This document shows, in pieces, positions 25,839 to 38,214 of a stretch of 64,000 bases of DNA (position 1 is the first letter of the stretch; each line of letters opens with the position of its first letter). The notes under the pieces were generated by a model that saw only the letters and a list, made by a program, of their open reading frames with translations, was not told the DNA's origin and did not search any database. This DNA comes from Phyllosticta citribraziliensis (lineage: Eukaryota), in NCBI RefSeq assembly GCF_038025025.1, contig NW_027117339.1:1178001-1242000 (forward strand), written 5' to 3'. Both the position numbers and the translations under genes were made by a program.

Positions 25839-28800
25839 GGTTGCGGTGTTGTGGTCAAATGCCCGTGGTGGGGACGCGAAACTCGCCATAGATTTCATTC
25901 CAGTGCGCCCTCTGGGCCGGAGTTCTTCCGGGCGCCCGTTGCCAGCACCTTTCCGAATGCGGCATGGCACAACCGAGTTCGCAGTGTCTTTGTGCCATCC
26001 AGCTACTTACTGTACGTACACTCCTGCTGTCAAACCTGCCAGTGATTGTTCACCAGGAAAACCATGGCGAGAGCATTCTTGCACATCTAAGCCTCAGTAC
26101 GATCTGCGCACCAGCCACCAAGAAACCAGAGGGGGACTGTGAACTCCATCATCTTCCGCTTCCCTTGATGACAAGCTCTCCTGCACGACCAGATTTTGCG
26201 TCTTTCTTTCCAAAAGTCCATGGTTCTTCTTTTCTTGCCAATGAAAATTTCAGAATGGAGGGACTAAAGGTTCGAGACATCAAAACAGGCTGCAACATCG
26301 CTGGTCGCACTCAAGCCAGCGACATGATTGTTCAAGCCCGACATGTGTTGCATCCTACCTCGGCTCAATGGAACAAGAAATGGCTGGGAATTGGTTGAGC
26401 CTTTCACAAAGGCTTCTGAAGACATCGCCAGCTTCGAATCAACGTTACCGTCGTTATTTTCACCAACGATTGCCAGTTCCAAATCATCTGGCGCGTTGAG
26501 CCGCACCGGCCAGAGGGAAACTTTCGGACAGTCAAAACGGACATCATGCAAGCTGTTGCAAAATTTTTCTGGCTGCTGTTTTATCAAATCAACTACAGAA
26601 ATTGGAAACCGCTACCGGCGCTTGCAACCATCCTACGATTGAATTCCGCAAGCATACAGGACGCTCAGAGATTAGTCCACTTCCGAAGCTACGAATGGCA
26701 ACGCTTTTGGCTGTCCATCAAGCGGCGCTTGCAGTGCGAAGGATCAACTTGAAGCGGAATCATGATAAGGAAAGGTCCTGCATCAGTTGGTGACATGCAG
26801 GATTGTGATTTTGGTCGAACGGTTCGCAGTACTTGCTCTTGCAATGCCAAAGTTGTAGCCCACATCCTGACCGAGAATGGACCGCAGGACAGGGAACATG
26901 TGCGAGTAGGCATCGCCAATCTAAAGGACAACATTACTCCCAGCTCTTCACACCTCTCACAGTTCGGAGAGTCTGGTTTGGGGCTTTGACTATATCAAGG
27001 CTACAGCACTTTATGGAACTCATATCTCCAAGTTTCTTAGTGCCGGAATCCTCCACATGTCGCTGCAAGACCTATCTATCTGCGTCAAAAGCAGCCGCTG
27101 CGCAGCCTTACCAGAAAGGAGCAAGCCACCCTACGATCCAAGAGAACGAATCATCCCGATAAGGACATCATCAAAAAACACTGCCAAATCGGGCACGCAT
27201 TGTTCTTGTGACCAAGCAAAGCCAAAGGAAAGAGAGAAAAATAGCCATCAGCCTGCATACATGACGGCATCAACACTCCCTTATCATGGCATCTTCATGC
27301 AGCACCGCGTGAGCTGCCGAACTCCGAGCGATGCTGCATGTCTCCGCCTTGCCATCACGCCAATCTCGAGGCAGTTCTCACACACATGGCACGCACGCGT
27401 GCCCCAAAGCGCTGAGCTGGACATGGGGGCTGGTCGTATGTACTGTACATATCATCAATCGCCCTGCGAATTCGATTCGTTGGACGCGATAGATCGTCGC
27501 TATGGAGGGCATTCTGTTTAGCGAGAGCACACGCAACGCTGCCCGCGGGCACCCTCTTCGTTTGTCGGTCCGGGTGCGGGCGAGAGAGCGATAGATCAGC
27601 ACTTGATATTGTCGTTGCTGCCCTCGTGTTGATTCACTCATCGATCGTAGCTTTTCTTGTCAGTCTGTTGGTTCTGCTGGTCAGCTTCTATGCCAAAAGA
27701 GGTGGTGGGGGAAAAGTGGCGTTGATAGCGAGGCAATCAGAGGGAATCGTCAACAGACCAATCAGCATCTTCCTGTCTTCCGCTTGCATGGTTTTGGAGA
27801 CTCTTGTTGTTGGCAGTGGTACACAGAGGTCCGCCAAAATCGCACGGCTGTAGTGTAGCCGTTGTCTTGCGCTTCGTACCGGGCACCCACAAAAAAGCGT
27901 GGAGTCTCCGCCACTAGGTGTGCCAACGCAACGACAAGTCGACGACTAGACAGCACAAAAGCGGAGAGGAAGAGACCCGCAAGCGAGGCATCCGCGGAAA
28001 GGCTGTACGCATTAGCCGTCTCCCGCGAGCTGCTAAGATGGGAGAAAAATGGTAAAGGTGGAATCCAGAATGGTCGGGGCCTCTACTTTTGGGGGGAAGG
28101 CACAGTCTGGTCGACATGTCGATTTCTGTAAGCGAGCAAACCACCTCATGTTACCACATACCAACGACCTGTTCCAAGGAACAGAGTATTTCCAGACATG
28201 GAATTCTGATATCCAATAGGAAGCATTTATTATGCCTTGCTAGCCGTTGTCTCCACAACCCGACAGACCACTCCATCCACCGCCATGAATGCTCTCCTCG
28301 CTAAAATCCGTCAACAGCATCGGCTCTGCACACGACTCCGCTCTCACGGCCACGGCAAAGTAGTGGACAAGGAAAACACAGCACCGTCGCCGCACCTCAG
28401 CTCAACTCACCTCATACGCTTCTCACTCACTTGCCACCTCTTCTGTCCACTCACTCATTCCCCACATCCTCCGGACACTTTTTACACAAAGCCAAGGCGG
28501 GGATGCGGAGCATTTTCCACCCCTTTCCGCCTACTGTAGCCTGACAGTTGCTACGGCGGACTGGCCTGGCCCACTTGCCAAAGTTGTCTGTAGCGGCACA
28601 GAATGAATGGACAGACGGGCCGGCCGCGTCGCCCCGCGCGGGGCGGACCATGCGCTGCCGTCTGTTTGCATCCATGTATCTATGCGTGTACTGCCTTTGC
28701 ACGCTATCTGATGTAGTCGTGATGGAATGACTAGAAGAGAAAGACTTGCTGCGATCCGCGGCCTTTAGCATTGGGGCTTGCTGGAATGGGCGGAGGGGGG

Positions 28801-31787
28801 AAGAGAGCGACGAAAGGACAACTTCTCTCGATCGCCCCCCTCTCTCCCAATTGTTTGAGGGAATGTGGTCTGGTGTATCTGTCCAAGTCTGACTCTTACC
28901 TGACGCCCGGGTCGTGTGAAGAGCTGCATGGCTGAACATAGTCCTATGGGACAGGGGCGAAATGCATGCTCTACCTGCGTTGGTGCAATACATGTAGATG
29001 GTTCGGCAGTCGAGTGAAGGGCTAAGAGTAAGTAGTGTGCTGTGGTGTGGCGGCTTACTTGTGCTTTTTACTGCATGTTCTTCGACAGAAACACAGTGAT
29101 CGACAGAAAGCGTCTCTAGAACCTTCTCGTTTCTGCTCCGCCGGCGATTCAACTACTAGATGTCTGATGGTGCTGCAGGGACGACGGAAGAAGACAGTGA
29201 GTCAACAATGAGGAGAAAGGTGTAGAAGCCCACAGAGAGGTTCGGAGCAGATGAATCATCGCGGCCGCCACACGATGTTGACGTGATCAGTAATTCGAAT
29301 TCAAATGTATCCCTCCCTTTTGCCGACAACCTGGACGTATGCGTGTCGATGATGATTGAAAGAGCCCTGCGGTTGCGGACGAACGTGCGGACGACTTGGA
29401 TATGCGCTCGAAGATCGAGAGCAGTGGTCTTGTATGCAGGTAGATCTCGACGAAGAATCGGACAAGAGAGAGTAGTACCTATGTAGGTACGGATAGTTGG
29501 GCCGCGTAATCATCTGGAGCGTAGCGTAATTCACGTCCACAGTCTGGCGGTATTGATTGCATGCTTTGTGCAATGCGGGACACAACGGTCTCCTGTCTCG
29601 CGCCTACCTTTGGCCATGGGCGATTTCGAACATTTCGTAGAGCTTGTGGCCGTGCCATGTGCTGTCTTCAACGGTTTCTTCAACCGCGCCTCTTCTGAGT
29701 TCGTGCGAACAATCTGACCTGCTACTGAAAAGGTCTGATCACTCCGACTTACGGCTCGTCTGCGTCCCGAGTCCCGAGTGCCGTGATGAGGGAGTTCGGC
29801 TGCTGTTCGCTTGCTTTTCCCCTCGCTTCCCTGCCTCGGTCGGGCGCTCTGGCATGCTCGCACGAGTAGGGCCATGCGGTGCAGAAAGAGGGTCCAACAA
29901 GTGGCGGCGGCGGCCGGCGCCTCGATACGAGATGGCTGGTGCGGTGCAGCTGGTGGTGCTGGTGCAGGGCAAGCTTGGCCTGTACCCTAGCTTAGACTGT
30001 GCGTTGGTGGGTTGGCTCGTTCGCTCCAACGCCCGCGCCCCGCCACTCCATGCTCGTGGCGGTGGACGGATAGACGGACTGTAGACGGACTGTAGACGAA
30101 CGCCGTTGTTGGGCTCGTAAGTGGTACCCAAAGCTTTTTGAAATTTCTGACAACGATGAAATCGGAAACGCAGATTTGTGCGAGAAGAAGCATTGATAGT
30201 CGTGGGAAGCTGACAGAGTGCTGTACCACATACCAAAAGGGGAATGTTCTGGGGTGCGGGAGACGCATGCTGCGCTGTACTGTCCTGCACCACACATGTG
30301 CGAAATACATTGGTACTTTTTCGTGCAGCTCACTATGAGGACCAATCCTCTTGTGGGTGTATGTTAGTGGGGAACGGGCTCGGAGACTTTGGAAAAGTTT
30401 TTCCATACACCACTGTGGCAGGGAATCTGTTGCATATTTGGGCGACGAGCATTGCACAGGCAGCCAGAGAAAACTCTTGCTGGCGAGCAGGGCAAAAGTC
30501 TCGTGTCGGGGATTTACCCAGCGGGCAAGACGATGCTGAGCAGGCCACTGTGACGCTACTCGACACCCCAGTTGCAACGATAGTCCGTATCTTATAGCGA
30601 CCGTGAGAGCGAGGCGGCCATCGCGAGGCAAATAGGCGCAACGCGACTTGTCAACATGGTTTGAGGCGGACTGCTTGGCAACGGCGATTATGGTGTAGTT
30701 CGCTACCCTGAAGCACCAACTTACCAGCTTGCTCCTTGTCCCAATCGTTCTGGATTTTTCTGTCGCTACGGTTCATTTTGTCGGCGTGAACAATGGTACC
30801 CAGGTCAAGTACCACACTAGTGCGATACCTAGTAGTGAGCCATCTTTTGAATTAGCCCGCCACTCACCGCCCCCACTGCTGCCCGCCGAGCGGCACCGGC
30901 ACTTCAAGACGCGTGGAAATCAAAGGGTCCACGGTTCGGATGGGGAAAGCCTACCTTAGCGCTACCAATGGTGTTTGGAGAGGCATGGAGCACGGTGTTT
31001 GAACAACGGTGCTGCCTGTCGAGATACCTGCGCGGAAATTTGAGCGTCACTCTCGTAGGCCTGCTTTCATGTGCTTGTAGTCTGTCTCCGCGCGAATCTA
31101 GAAATGGAGATGAGCCATTTGGGCATGGCGATGCCAAGAGGTGTCTTGGTTGCCAGACAGATTGTGGCGGACACGTCAAAGGCTAGTAGAGACTGGCTGG
31201 GCCGGAGACGCGCTGTTTGTAGTTTGGATTTACATGGAGATGATTTCGGATGATCTTTGATAGAGAGGCGTCTTGTTGACTTTTCCGTAGCGCATGGTAT
31301 TCGGAGAGAGGTGACCGGCCTGCAGCAAACTGCCGCGCAGAATGAACATCCCGAGCTGCAGACGGGTTAGTGTGTCGGTTGAGATGTCAAGGCTTGAGCT
31401 TTTGTTGGCTTGCCGATGACAGCGGTTGAGCGACCTTGCCAGGGGCGTGGGCTGCGGTACGAGAATGGGGGTGGTGGGACATGACGGGTAGCGGCGTCGG
31501 GGAAAAAGGTCTGAGATGCTGGAGGCTTCTCCGCACGCGTCCGAGACAAAGGCAGACAGAGAATTGGAATGAAGCGGTGGAATGACGAGCGACGTGCTGC
31601 ATCAATTTTGCCCGAGACATTTGATGTTGTGTCAATGGACTTGGCGTCAGCTGAGGGCGCGTTCCCGCTCCCGCGCCGCGAACCCTGGCCATCATCTCAA
31701 CAACCTTTTGCATCATCATCGTCGCCCACTCTTGTTTCCCCAAACAACCTCAGCAGGTGGTTGTGAAACCAGCCTCACTTGACTCAA

Positions 31788-32517
31788 ATGGCACGCGTTC
31801 CCTCCCTGTCCATCTCCACTTTTCGCCTTTGGCCCCCGCTGCTTGCTCACCGGCTCCACACAGGCGCCAAAGTCGCTCCCGCCCGCTGCCAAGCAAGCTC
31901 TCATCCTCGACTGGTTCCACGAGTCAGGTGTCGCGCACAGCATCAAAGACCTCGAGAAAGCTCTCCCGGGCGTCGCCTCGATCAATGCCATGCAGGTCAA
32001 AGACTACCTGCAAGCCCTCTCCGACGACAACAAGATTCGCGTCGAGAAGATTGGCTCGGGCAATTGGTACTGGAGCTTTCCCAGCGAGGTCAAGCGCGAC
32101 AAGGAGGCGGAGCTGGCGCGAGCGCAGAGCGAGTGGGACAAAGCTGCCCGGACGCTGGAGGAGCTGGGGGCCAAGGTGGATCAGATGAGAGCGGCGCGAG
32201 AGGATGATGAAGAGCTCGAGGCCGCGGACAGCAGGCAAGAATTGGCGGGAAAGATGGAGACGCTCAAGACGACGCTGGCAGGGTTGCGCAAGGAGCTGGC
32301 GAGCTACAGCGACAGCGACCCGGTCGAGTTGGAGCTGAAGAGAGGCGCGCTGCAGAGGACGCAAGTCGAAACGGAAAAGTGGACGGACCAAATCCAATCC
32401 ATGGAGATGTGGTTCAAGCAGCAAATGGGGGGCGACCGGGAGGCTCTACTCAACTTGAAGAGGATCTACTATGGCGACGAATTCGACGACGACGACCAAG
32501 GCCTGCGAGAGCTGTAG
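31788..32517 (+). CDS. MND1: Meiotic nuclear division protein 1; predicted ATG-only first coding exon 31788-31790, intron 31791-31863, exon 31864-32517
   Basis: KDLEKALP..ASINAMQVKDYLQALSDDNKIRVEKIGSGNWYWSFPS is the Mnd1 winged-helix signature, followed by a coiled coil and WTDQI. The 5' structure is inferred. Confidence 0.9.
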
Positions 32518-33181
32518 GTGCGAGCGGGTACCCACAAGCGTGCGTCTCATTTTCCTGCCATCTGACGAGGAGTGCATCGTGGCATGGGTCTCGGTTGGGA
32601 CCGGGCGCCTGCAACTAGCTGGAGTGTCTTATCATTTTACGCCCCACCGACGACAACTCTATCTCCAACTGCTGAATTGCTTTGATCGGGGCTCAATAAG
32701 GGGCCTGTTTCTGAGATACGAGGCCGAAGCGACACTTGGCGAGGGGCTTGGTTTGCACATGTTCCGGGAGCGCGTCGCAGCCGGAGTGGGAGCCATGTCG
32801 CCGTCGTGCTTGCTGCGGGAGGAGGTTGCGTGCAGAAGACCGTAGGAACATACATACATGGCATGGCATGGCTAGCGTCCCCGCCCAAAAAAACGGTGTG
32901 GAAAAGAAAGTTGGCCTGTCTGTGGCGGTTCGTGTCCCACGTGGGCTCGGGCTCAGTGGCATTCGCGTGCGCGATTATTGCCGACGAGGCCCTGTGCGGT
33001 GTTGACTGGAGAGAAAAAAGAGGACAAGGAACAAGGGCTTGGCTGGAAGACGGTTGATGGGATGGTAGCTGGTAGCCAATGCAGAAAGAGGTCGAAGAAG
33101 TTTTTTATGGCATGGCGCCAGGATCTACGTGCAGGGATAAGGGTTCCCCTTGAAGCTAGAGCCAGGCGAGCAGGGGTCAAG

Positions 33182-33207
33182 GGTGGTGGTGGTGGTGGTG
33201 GTGGTGG
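33182..33207. repeat. (GGT)n microsatellite followed by GAGGAC repeats
   Basis: Seen directly. Confidence 0.9.
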
Positions 33208-34350
33208 AGTGGTGTTGAGGATGAGGACGAGGACGAGGACGAGGTGTGAGAGCACCACCACAGAAGTCCCAAGAGTCGGGTTGAAGTGTTTGCAACGACG
33301 ACGCGCGAAACAGGCCGGGCGTGCCATGATTTGTGAGATGTAGTCTCATCAACGGCAAAGATTCGAGTCGTTCTCTGTGTGACTTGTGCTGCAGCCGCAA
33401 CCCGCGCAATGCCGCCGACCAGAGTGTCCCAGGCTCCCGCCCGACCTCCAGCCACACGACCAAGACTTGACCGTCGCCTTGTTTCGACCTGCCGTGTGCC
33501 AACTTTGCCATGTCGCCCCACGAAGACCGGACGCGCGGTCATGCTGTCTTGAGTTGGAGCGCTCCCTGTCTGTTGAACGAGAGCTTCTCAGTGACTATCA
33601 AGCAAGTCCACGGTGCCGATCGCCATGCAGTACAGTATCCCCTGCCTCTGTCCGGCGTTCGTCTCTCCAAAAGGCGGGGCGTCGTCGCGCTGGCTGCGGC
33701 ATCAACTGGCGAGATGAAGGGGCCATCCCGTAGTTGGAATGCCTGAGGGCGAATCACAATGCACACGGCCTCAATCAGAGTTGGTACCGGTTGCGTGTGC
33801 TAGTGCTGCAGAACCCCGAACCGTGCCATCCCGTCTAACGCACCAACGAGAGCATTGGGCAACCGTCGGCTCTGGGATCGTCTGCCCATGCAAACATGGG
33901 TTTGCTCCACTCTTCACCCTCTCGGAGCATTGATCTTGACCACTCCTCCCGCCCTCTGGCGTTTTGAACGGTCGCCGGCCTCTTTGATCCTGCCCAACAA
34001 CTGAGGTGCTTTTTGTACGCCGTGTTTTTTTATTTTTTTCATTTTTTATTTTTGTGCTTGATTGTTTATTTCTCCAACCTTCCCCTGTTTCTGCCTGCTA
34101 CTGCTCAACCTCACCACCATCACCGTCCTCGTCCTCGTCGCCGTCGCCGTCGCCATCCTATCCACCTGCCCCGCTGCCCAACCCGTCGTCCTATGGAACT
34201 CGAGAGAATTCTTTAAGAGCCATTACTCGATAGTCGCGGGCCACCCGTGCCCGGCCACGATTTGCCGTGCTACAAGGACTGTGCTGCTTTTAAGCTCACC
34301 TAGCACCACCGCACGGCCAGCCTCACTTGCGTCACAACCAGCCTTTCGAT

Positions 34351-37300
34351 ATGGGCAACGCCCCGTCCAAGGAAAGTGGCCGGGAAAATGCACGCACCAA
34401 AGACCGCGTTCGTGAATTAAATCAACCGCCGGCGCCAATTGTCGACCGACAACCATCCCACAAATCCATTTCGCCAAAAGCTCCCGAAGCCACTGGTACT
34501 GACGTCGTTTGGACGTCGTCGGGTGGGGCATACAGAGAGAGACAGGGCGCCCAAGAGCATCTCCGAATGCATCTCCGCAATTCCCGCGACGATGCACCCT
34601 ATCGCGAGCCGGCGCCGGAGGAGGACGGCTTTGGAGAGCTCAGCCAAATGAGAAATCGTCTGTCGGGCGTCTCGCGCCATCCCTCTGTCTACTCGGACAT
34701 GCAAAGCAACCGCTCAACGTCTGTCAGGACCCGTGGTACAGGATCCAGGATGTCGATGCCACCGCAGAATAGCCCGGTCGACCTCGAAGCCACAATCTCG
34801 ATCCTGCAAGAATTGAGAAAAACGGCAAGTCCTGAGCAGCTCGTTGCCTTGCGTATGTATCATCCCTTTGCTCCCTGCAAGCTCTACGCTGACATTGTTC
34901 AAGATCGAGCACTGCTGCCGACAAAGGAGGAGGCTTCGACATCGGAAACGCGGAGCATCACACCTGGCAGTGATTCGGGCGCTGCTCTCGTCCGCCGGCG
35001 CTCCCTGGCTGTGCCCGGCCTTGCTACCCGCGACACATACAATGTGCTGCGGAAGAAAGAGGAGCCTTCGCCTCCCATGCCTGCCAGCGCCGACGGCTGG
35101 TGGGGATTCGAGGACTTTGGTCCTGCATCGCCCTCGCTGATTGTGCCTGCGTTCGACTCTCCTCGAGAAGAGAAAAAGTCGCAATTCCAAGCAAACGCCT
35201 CTGGCGACGAATTCGACGATTATTCTCACCTCGGCAACAAAATTGGCAAGCTGACGATCACCAACGGTGCTCCCTCGCCTGTACCCAGCACCATGTCTCG
35301 CTGTGTAGAAAAGGAAAAGTCCATGCGGGACCTTCTGGAAACGGAAAAGGCTGCCCTTGATCAGGAATCCACAGATGCATCCAAGATTCGAATTGCAAGG
35401 ATCCCACCCTTGGTTTTGGAGAACTCTGGCACGACCGAAAGGTCCAAGGACGGCAAATACAAGAAGCCCAGGCCAACCAGCCCACGTCGAGGCGAAAGCT
35501 ACGTAAAGGGCGACGATTCCCACGCCATGGGGCAACCGAGTCCGAGCCACTCCATGGCAGAAGAGTACGTGGCCGAACTGGCAGCAGGTGGAAACCCCTT
35601 CCACTGCAAGACCCCCTCTCCAAACGTTTCCCAAGCTGGATTTATCGATGAAGGATTTCACGAGGCTCGTTCACCAACAAAGTCCAGGGCAGCAGCAGCA
35701 CGCATTACCGACGTTCGTGGTTTCGACCAAACGGCCTCCGAGGACATGGATCGGAGCGGTCCCAATCAAGGTAAGCTCCGACGGCCTGTTCATTTGCATC
35801 ATCCGGACTCTGGATACTCGTCTGGAGTCAGCCTCAACGCGGTGGACCTTGCGAACCGCGACTCACAATATGCAGGTGCTACAGCTTCTTCATCTCCGAT
35901 CAGACTCAATGCCCAGCAACTCGACGGCGCAGACAAGAACGCAGGCGGTCCGCTCAGCCCTAGACAAGAAGTTACGTCTCCAACGAATGTTTCCGAGAGC
36001 CGCGCACCCACAGAGAACGGCGATGTCAAGAAACGCAGATGGATGACCGACCGGGTCAAGAATCGCAGACGCCTGTCTCTGAAAAATCTGCCCTTTACTG
36101 GCTCCGGAATGAATTGCACCGACAGCTCTCGACCTGGCTCTCGGGCATCCTATCTTGAGCCAGCAAAGCCAGTTCCTGCCAAATCCGAAGTAGTCGAAAG
36201 AACCCTGTCATCCAAGCCGTCACGGAGAAAGTTGCAAAAGCGACGTCTCTCGAGACTTGCACAATTCTCGACTGAGGACCCTCCCACCGTTCCTGAAGTT
36301 GTGAACGAGCCAAGCTTCTCAGTCATGCTTCCCCCCCAGACGAATGCGGATCCTCAAAAGAGTGCCGAGATGACGGTAAGCCACTCGACTCCAGACTCTA
36401 ATAATCAGGATTCGGTCCTCATCTTGTCGCCACGGCCTTCCACCAAAAATTTGCGTTCGGTAGCCGGACGCGACAACGACTCGCCCGACTCGCAGCGATC
36501 TAGCCGCAAGGGCAAGGAGCCTGTGTATCAGCAAGGCGGAGAAGATGAGCAACACATCACCCGGAGCGCCGCGCCATCTCGCCCCAGCAGCTCCGGCACC
36601 ACTGCCACCAAGACTGCCAGGTCCAAGGGCAAGGCTTCCGCTGCCAGGGAAGCCCGTGCTCTCAGCATTAAAGTCTTGCGCGATCAAGCTGCGGCTGCCC
36701 TGGACGCCGAAAGCCCGTCGGAGCTAGCGATCCTTCGCGGTCGCGGCAGCACAGTGCCTGACCTTACATCCCCGTCGACATCCCCCTCTCGCTACGACGG
36801 AAGCCAGGGCCGGTCTCGCCCCAACAGCTACTATGGCAACGATCAGTTGAGGGCAAATGCCAGGCGCGCCGACACACCCAACTTCTCCAGACCGCATAGC
36901 GTCGTGTCATCGTGCGACTCGCCGCCGCCGCTACCGGAAAAGAGGGTGAGTGGGCTGTCGCTCAACACCGATGTCGGCAACTTTGCGTTACGACGCAAGT
37001 CCAAGTCGTCGTTGCGGGAGCAGGAGGAGAAGATTGTCGTCGAGTACCCGGAGGAGAAGATTTGCGTCGACTCCGAATACCCTGAAGATCTCATGCCCAA
37101 GCGGGATTCGTCCGACTCCAAGGTGTCCTCCCAGTCCAAGGTTTCGTCGGACGAGGGCAAAACGGATAGCCCCATCGCAGGCTGGGAGTCTTCCAAGGTC
37201 CATCGCCACCAGCGTGCAAAGTCGGCCGGCGATGGCATGCGTCCTGTCAGCCTCCGCAGAAAGTCTGTCGGTGAGGGTCTCAGGCCTCGCGTGCCCATGG

Positions 37301-38214
37301 ACCGCTCTGCCATGGAGGAGCGCCGCAAGTCTACCGGTGAGGGCATCTTGAAGCAGCTGGAAGAGCGCGCAGGAGACTCACTCAGTCGCTCCAACGGCAT
37401 GCGTCGCAAGTCCGTGTCAGAGGGCCTGTTGAACCAGCAAAACCCAGAGGTTCGTCGGAAAGCCGTCGGTGGCGATGTCACCACTCCTGCCGGTGCACCC
37501 CCAATGCCGACACGACGTGCGCCTCGCGAGCCGCCCAGCAATGGCAACAGCAAAAGCAATCGTCGCAAACGCGCATCAACTACGCTCACGCCCGTCTTTG
37601 CTTCGACCAACAACTCGACGACTGCCTTGTCCGAGACGGGCTACTCGGAACCGCCGACGCCCCTGTCGGCCAACAGTTCCGACCTAAACCTGCCAGCCTA
37701 CTTTGTGCCCTCGCCACGGGCCAGCCAGCTCAGTCTCCCGGCGTACTTTGTCCCCAGCAGTTCGTCGTCGTCGGCAGGAAGCGGCCCCGGTCCCGCAGTG
37801 GCCGGCGGCAGCACCGCCACCTCTCGTCCATCCAACCACCAACACCGCCGCTCGTACGCGGGACCCAGCTCGCGCACGCAGGGCAGTAGCAGCCGCCCAC
37901 ACAGCCTGGCGCTGCAGCTCAACAGCGGCGGGTCGGCCTCTACGCCGGCGTTGCCGCTCCTCAACCACAGCAGCAGCAGCAGCCTCATGCGCGACATGCC
38001 GCCCATCCCCATCCCGCCGCGCAGCCCGCAGCGGCCCGGCCCGCGCGTCATCGATCGCTACAGCGGCGGCTTCCGGTTCAATTACGAGCACGGCGTCGGC
38101 GTCGGCGGCAGCGCCGGCACGCGCGGCCCCGAGACGCGTGCGCGCAAGAAGAGCATGACGTGGACCAGCATGTTTGGTGTTGACCTGGAGGACGTGCCCG
38201 TGTTGGTGAGTTGA
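34351..38214 (+). CDS. Large disordered fungal protein with predicted N-myristoylation (MGNAPS); 51-nt intron 34853-34903
   Basis: 1295-codon open frame. Removing GTATGT..CTGAC..AAG gives PEQLVALHRALLPTK. The C-terminus has the motif DRYSGGFRFNYEHGVGVGGSAGTR...FGVDLEDVPV. Confidence 0.8.
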   Translation: MGNAPSKESGRENARTKDRVRELNQPPAPIVDRQPSHKSISPKAPEATGTDVVWTSSGGAYRERQGAQEHLRMHLRNSRDDAPYREPAPEEDGFGELSQMRNRLSGVSRHPSVYSDMQSNRSTSVRTRGTGSRMSMPPQNSPVDLEATISILQELRKTASPEQLVALRMYHPFAPCKLYADIVQDRALLPTKEEASTSETRSITPGSDSGAALVRRRSLAVPGLATRDTYNVLRKKEEPSPPMPASADGWWGFEDFGPASPSLIVPAFDSPREEKKSQFQANASGDEFDDYSHLGNKIGKLTITNGAPSPVPSTMSRCVEKEKSMRDLLETEKAALDQESTDASKIRIARIPPLVLENSGTTERSKDGKYKKPRPTSPRRGESYVKGDDSHAMGQPSPSHSMAEEYVAELAAGGNPFHCKTPSPNVSQAGFIDEGFHEARSPTKSRAAAARITDVRGFDQTASEDMDRSGPNQGKLRRPVHLHHPDSGYSSGVSLNAVDLANRDSQYAGATASSSPIRLNAQQLDGADKNAGGPLSPRQEVTSPTNVSESRAPTENGDVKKRRWMTDRVKNRRRLSLKNLPFTGSGMNCTDSSRPGSRASYLEPAKPVPAKSEVVERTLSSKPSRRKLQKRRLSRLAQFSTEDPPTVPEVVNEPSFSVMLPPQTNADPQKSAEMTVSHSTPDSNNQDSVLILSPRPSTKNLRSVAGRDNDSPDSQRSSRKGKEPVYQQGGEDEQHITRSAAPSRPSSSGTTATKTARSKGKASAAREARALSIKVLRDQAAAALDAESPSELAILRGRGSTVPDLTSPSTSPSRYDGSQGRSRPNSYYGNDQLRANARRADTPNFSRPHSVVSSCDSPPPLPEKRVSGLSLNTDVGNFALRRKSKSSLREQEEKIVVEYPEEKICVDSEYPEDLMPKRDSSDSKVSSQSKVSSDEGKTDSPIAGWESSKVHRHQRAKSAGDGMRPVSLRRKSVGEGLRPRVPMDRSAMEERRKSTGEGILKQLEERAGDSLSRSNGMRRKSVSEGLLNQQNPEVRRKAVGGDVTTPAGAPPMPTRRAPREPPSNGNSKSNRRKRASTTLTPVFASTNNSTTALSETGYSEPPTPLSANSSDLNLPAYFVPSPRASQLSLPAYFVPSSSSSSAGSGPGPAVAGGSTATSRPSNHQHRRSYAGPSSRTQGSSSRPHSLALQLNSGGSASTPALPLLNHSSSSSLMRDMPPIPIPPRSPQRPGPRVIDRYSGGFRFNYEHGVGVGGSAGTRGPETRARKKSMTWTSMFGVDLEDVPVLVS

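Noticed and set aside
28893..28902. U1 snRNA 5' end (CTTACCTG)
   Set aside because: It lacks the ATACTTACCTGG context and downstream U1 structure. A minus-strand splice donor explains it better.
26000..31700. Telomerase RNA or transposon in the long intergenic region
   Set aside because: No TAACCCTAA-type template, terminal repeats or transposase/RT motifs were seen.
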